A DNA stretch of 63,629 nt, filler included, from Vezdaea acicularis (Eukaryota), in NCBI GenBank assembly GCA_026025075.1. It is 3 parts of 3 records of this genome, joined end to end, with 100 filler letters (N's around TTAATTAATTAA, not from the genome) between each part and the next. Parts side by side here need not be neighbours in the genome. Positions count along the whole stretch, not along the records: positions 49,795 to 63,629 come from JAPEUI010000232.1; 2 more parts are not named here. One strand, 5' to 3'. The first letter of the stretch is position 1; each line of letters opens with the position of its first letter. The notes under the pieces are model-generated. The model worked only from the letters and a program-made list of their open reading frames with translations, ran no database searches and had not been told where the DNA came from. Of the stretch, positions 58,103-63,629 are shown in pieces. Position numbers and translations under genes: made by a program.

Positions 58103-59834
58103 ATGCCAACTGTTCATCTGCTGGATTATGTTGCAGGAAATATTCGCTCATTGGTTAACGCAATTGAAAAGCTTGGATACGCGGTGGAATGGATTAGGGA
58201 TCCGGATGATATCAAAAATGCGGAAGTAAGGTTTCGATCTTCACAATGACGAATCATGGAACAAGGTTATATCGGAAAGCTAATGTCCATCTCTTTGCCC
58301 TCAGAGAATTATTCTTCCCGGAGTCGGTCATTTCGGTCATTGTATGGCTAAGCTCTCAGAAGGGGGTTATTTCAAGCCACTATTAGAGTATATCAATTCC
58401 GGAAAGCCATTCATGGGGATTTGTGTAGGCCTACAAGCTTTATTTGAAGGATCTGAAGAGGACCCCGCTATTCCAGGACTCTCCATCATACGTCAGGAGC
58501 TAAAGAGGTTTGACGACAGCTTAAAAAGCGTCCCACACATCGGATGGAATTCCGCAAACACAGCACTTACTAAAGAGCTATCCGACAAGATCATTTACGG
58601 ACTAAAACCGTCAAGCAAGTACTATTATGTACACTCGTACGCTGCACCATATATCAAAGGTCAATTAGAGAGTCAGGGATGGACGGTGGCCAAGGCACGA
58701 TATGGGAAGGAGGATTTTGTCGGAGCCATTGCAAGGGAAAACGTATTCGCTACACAATTCCATCCTGAAAAGAGCGGTACTGCTGGGCTTCGAGTCCTCA
58801 AGGCGTTTCTTGAAGGAAAGAAGACGCAGCAACTCGTGGAGAGTGCCGAAATCAATCCTGTGGAAGGCCTGACAAGACGAGTCATTGCATGCTTAGACGT
58901 TCGAGCAAACGACCAAGGGGATCTGGTTGTCACAAAAGGGGACCAATACGATGTGAGAGAAAAAGATGGGACCAGTGGAGGTCAAGTACGAAACCTAGGC
59001 AAGCCCGTGGATATGGCCAAGAGGTACTACGAGCAAGGAGCGGATGAAGTTACATTTCTTAACATCACCTCTTTCCGAAATTGCCCACTTGCGGACATGC
59101 CAATGTTGGAGGTATTACGCAGAACTTCAGAGACAGTCTTTGTGCCTCTCACTATCGGCGGTGGAATTCGGGACACAACAGACGTGGATGGAACAAAAAT
59201 ATCAGCCCTTGATGTCGCTACAATGTACTTCAAGTCAGGGGCAGATAAAGTCAGTATTGGCTCCGACGCGGTAATTGCAGCAGAGGAGTTCTATGCTTCA
59301 GGAAGACAGCTGTCTGGGCGCACGGCAATAGAGGCCATCTCTGGATCATATGGCAATCAAGCAGTGGTCGTGAGTGTCGATCCAAAGCGAGTCTATGTGG
59401 CAAGCCCCACAGATACAGAACATCACACTGTTCCGACAAAGCTTCCAGGTCCCAATGGAGAAGAGTTCTGCTGGTACCAGTGCACTATAAAAGGAGGACG
59501 AGAAGGTCGTGACTTCGACGTTCGGCAACTTGTTACCGCAGTCGAGGCTATGGGTGCCGGGGAGATCTTATTGAACTGTATTGACAAAGACGGAACCAAT
59601 AACGGGTTTGACCTAGAGCTTATAGAAGATGTGAAGCATGCCGTACGCATACCAGTCATAGCGTCGAGTGGCGCTGGGAGTCCAGTCCATTTTCAGGAAG
59701 TATTTGAAAGCACATCGACAGATGCGGCTTTAGGTGCTGGGATGTTTCATCGAGGAGATTACACAGTTGGACAAGTCAAGATTTTCCTTGAGGAAAAGGG
59801 TCTTCTAGTGCGTAGGGTAGAAATAGATATATGA
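58103..59834 (+). CDS. HIS7: Bifunctional imidazole glycerol phosphate synthase (HisH-HisF); intron 58226-58304
   Basis: [37 protein letters not shown]...[27 protein letters not shown]. Confidence 0.97.
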
Positions 59835-61015
59835 ATATTGAATCGAAGTATGGGCATAGCCCCCCCGATATGAGTCAGATTGAAACATGCAAGAGCCGGC
59901 TTTATAATTCAATTGAACGACAATTATGTGCAGATTCGCAGATGGAATGAAATTTCTCACTAATGCGTCCTACTTCTGTATCACACGGCAATGTTCATTT
60001 GAGCATGGAGCTTTAGGCGAGCTACAAACGAGTGGTGTATCTGATTGGCCAGCTGAATAATGTGTCCATCGGTCGCCTATTTCAAGGCCGCTCCTCCTTC
60101 CTCCATACCTCATCATCCTTCACACGCCATCACCTCATCCTCGACTTCCATCACCTTACTCTTCCACGAATCCTCTACGTAGCTTGTAACTCCAAGACGT
60201 TTTTCAACGCTTCGTGACTTTCCTCAGTACCCTCGTTGGAGCGGAGCTCGACCGGATGTCATAATCTGCAGCCACAGCTTTGCCACGCTGTCCAGTTTCA
60301 GTCAGCGACGTAGCCCCGTTTTCTTTTACTCTTTTGTTACCTCCCTGACTCAACAGTACTCACTAAACATCTCCGACAAACCCAGCGACAATAGCGGTCA
60401 GATTTAGCGTGAGGTAGTTGGTCGCTCGTGCGTGCGTGCGTGTGTGCGTTCTCACCGAAACCGTGTCAGCTTTAGGCTATAGGCAGCGTTCATCAAAGGA
60501 CAATTTGGTGCTAGGACGGAGGACGAGGGAAAGCTTGAGATTCTCTGCTCTTATATTCACTGAATCAGGTTTCTTCACTTTCTAAATACTGTGGCTGGAG
60601 GTCTCGTACATTTCTGTCCTTTAAGAGCACGATTGCTTTGAGTGCTTCAGCCATACTTTATTTCGCTGTTTGTACTTTCAAGGTTCTGGCTAAGCCGCTC
60701 CTGAATCCAAGCTCGATTTATTACCCCAGAAAAAAAACATATCGACTGGTTTCTCCGTACGAGAGTAGCCAGACTGGAAGAGAAAAATTGCTGTCTCTAA
60801 TCACAGCTGCCCCTTGATCCGCGCAAAACTTGCTCTCAAACGAAGATTTTGCATTTCGTCGAAGCTAGCGTTTCCCCAGAAGATATTCCAGTATCGTTGT
60901 TTGCAGTTAATTGAAACGAAAGGAGGAACAAATCTGTCCTTTGGCACCTCTCACCTCTGCCCATCTTCAACAGCTCCGCTGTGAGCGTGAGGCCTACTCG
61001 CGCAGTTTTCCTATA

Positions 61016-63270
61016 ATGTCTTCATCTGTTTTTGTCAAGTTTAAATCGCAAAAGGAACCATCGAGGGTGACCTTCGACGGGACCGGAATATCCGTGTTTG
61101 ACCTCAAAAGAGAGATTATCACGATAAATCATTTAGGCGATGGTAACGACTTCGAACTCGCGATCTATAACGAAGACACAAATGAAGGTATGGAACAACT
61201 TATCTTAACTTCTGTGCTTGAGTTATTACTTTGTTGAATAGGACTGACATGTGAAGCAGAGTACGATGACGATACCACAATCATACCTCGATCGACATCT
61301 ATCATCGCCAAGCGTTTACCAGCCATAAGAGCCGGAAAGGGGGGCGCTGCTCGATATGTATCCGGGAAAGCGCCACTTTCTGCCAAAAACTCTTCGAGAG
61401 CCGAGAAAACGGCCACGAGACCGACTCGCAAGCCAAGCCCCCCTGCAACATCACAGGCGGTTGCAGAAATGAACGGCGCCCAAACTGAAGAAGAGAGGAT
61501 AGCAGCCATGCTTAAGGCTGGTGAGGCTCAGTGGGAAGCACAAAAGAAAGAGATGGCCAAGTAAGTCTTTCCAATCTCCCTTTTAGGGAGTACTTCATTA
61601 ACCTGTTCATAGCCAGAAGCCTGTCTACCGCAGTGGTCCCAAGGGAAAGCCTCATACTAGCTCTGCACCGGAGAACGTGCCGCCTCCAGGATATATATGC
61701 TATAGGTGTGGAGAGAAGGGTAAGTTATTCTGCTGAACGCTGTAACATCGTCATACTGACTTTGGGAATAGGACACTGGATTCAAGACTGTCCAACGAAT
61801 GACGACCCTAACTTTGATGGACGTCCCCGTGTGAAGCGGACTACTGGGATCCCTAGGTCTTTCTTGAAAACTATTGCGAAGCCTGTATCTCTGTCTAATG
61901 ACGGCTTGACGGATATGAGCAAGCAACCTTCTGGTGTGATGGTGAACGCTGAGGGAGAATTTGTTGTAGCAGAACCAGATAAAGCGTCTTGGGAGCAATT
62001 TCAAGCTAGAAATAAAGCCTCCGAGGTCGCACAGCAGATTGCTGACAAAGGTAGCAAAGAGCTCCAGGATCGGGGCCTAGAATGCTCTATTGATAAACGA
62101 ATGTTCGTTGAGCCCACTAAAACTCCATGCTGTGGCCAGACATACTGCAATGACTGCATCACCAATGCTCTTATTGAAGGTGACTTGGTCTGTCCTAATT
62201 GCCAGAAAGAGGGAATACTTCTTGACGATCTTGTTCCTGATCATGAGGTTGCAGCAAAACTCAAGGCGTATCGAGCAGAGAAGGAAGAGCAGAGATCAAG
62301 AGAGGCCTCGAAGAGTCGTAGTGGAAGCCCCAGGCCAAAAGGAACGGAGATGGAGAATGGAAAGACCCTTGCAAGGACCATGGAAAACTCCGTAAACGCT
62401 GAAATAAAGCCGGAGGATACCTCCAAAAACCATGAATCTCCAAAACTGGCCGAGACCACCACAAAGATTGAGTCACCAAAAGCAGGAAAGGGGCCAAACC
62501 GCTCTTCAACTTCGACTCCTGCAGCCGACTCTACGACTAGCACCGGCTCCAAGAAACGGGCAGCATCAGACGATCTGGAGAATCTAAGAATACCCAAAGC
62601 TCCAGCCGCAATGCGCAATATGATCCAGCAACAAGCGCAGGCTGCCCACCGATACGGCCCTACTAACTACAACGGTGGCTACAACTCAAATGTACCCTAT
62701 CAACCGATGGCAGCAGGCCAGAACAATTTCTACGCGCAGGGTACAAACCCTATGATGATGGCCGGCGGCGGCGGCACCTTTATGGGCATGCCAACAACCA
62801 TGGGTGGGATGATGGGCATGGACACCAGCATGATGAACCCCATGATGGGCTTTGGTGGCATGTTCAACGGCGCGAATGGTATGAGCGGTATGAACGGTAT
62901 GGGTGGTGGACCGAACATGCCCATAATGAACATGTACGCTCCCTTCAATAATAGCAGCGCGGGAATGATGGCCAACAGCATGGGCTACCCGTCGATGCCC
63001 ATATCCATGCCCATGGGCATGAACGGCAACTCGTACCCCACAGCCGGTATGCCGCAGCAGCACCTTCAGAATAACGCTGCGCAGGCGAACTTTCCGAACC
63101 AGCAGCGATCGGTCGGAAGCGGCTTCGTGGGAAGTGGAAATGGGATTGGTGGAGTCATGGGAGGTGCGCTGCAGGCTGAAGAGGGAGCCTATTTCCGCCA
63201 ACCCGTGAACCCGAATAGGCACCAGAGCAAGAATCGCCGCGTGCGGCCGAGTGACTATCATGAGGTGTAG
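61016..63270 (+). CDS. MPE1: Mpe1/RBBP6 family mRNA 3'-processing factor (DWNN, zinc knuckle, RING-like); introns 61188-61259, 61561-61612, 61720-61771
   Basis: MSSSVFVKFKSQK...ISVFDLKREII, PPPGYICYRCGEKGHWIQDCPTN, RVKRTTGIPRSFLK, TPCCGQTYCNDCI...CPNC. Confidence 0.95.
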
Positions 63271-63629
63271 GCCAGCACGTTCCGAGTCACTATTCCTGCT
63301 CGTCATATCTTAGGCAACGCAATTTTTGGGCATCAGCTCGGAGCGACGAACGACGGATGAACGCGTACGGAATCCTCTTTTCTGTACACCCGATTGTGAG
63401 GAGGGAGTGCATGCCTGCTATTTAGCCTCTGACGAGAGTGTCCCCCCAGGCCCTTTCTAGCGATGGCGTCTGTGGTTTTTATTTTATTTTCTGTTCTTCA
63501 GGGCTCCTCTGCATCAAAGGCCAAAAGGATCTGCATCTGCACGGTAGCGTGGCGTGGCATGGCGTTCCTTCTTCTCTGCCCCTGTTGCTTTTCTCTTGCT
63601 TTCTCCCCTGCGGTGGGAGTTTTTAGATG

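Overview
Gene-dense, intron-containing DNA from a filamentous ascomycete (Pezizomycotina-type GT-AG introns of about 50-60 nt with CTRAC/CTRAY branch points). About 23 host genes are recognisable: alpha-arrestin, Tul1/Dsc1 E3 ligase, a single-TM protein, a Zn2Cys6 transcription factor, a PTH11-like membrane protein, MAS2, Dma1, OHCU decarboxylase, AAR2, RPS14, TYR1, a DOMON/cytochrome b561 protein, an RRM protein, CDK11, NDUFAF7/MidA, GPR89, DUF2458, Ecm13-like, a Usp-domain protein, SHMT, ATG7, DCD1, HIS7 and MPE1. There is also a pogo/Fot1-type DNA transposon and two artificial 100-nt scaffold gaps. Signals the ORF track does not show: (1) a box C/D snoRNA resembling snR13 in TYR1 intron 1, next to an alternative acceptor that would create a premature stop; (2) a roughly 25-copy 18-bp array inside the transposon that encodes a Cys-rich hexapeptide repeat and carries RIP-like decay; (3) a speculative telomerase RNA candidate in the 1.6-kb ORF-poor interval 14900-16500; (4) repeated C-rich to G-rich skew switches inside genes. 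All assignments come from motif recognition by eye; no database searches were run.
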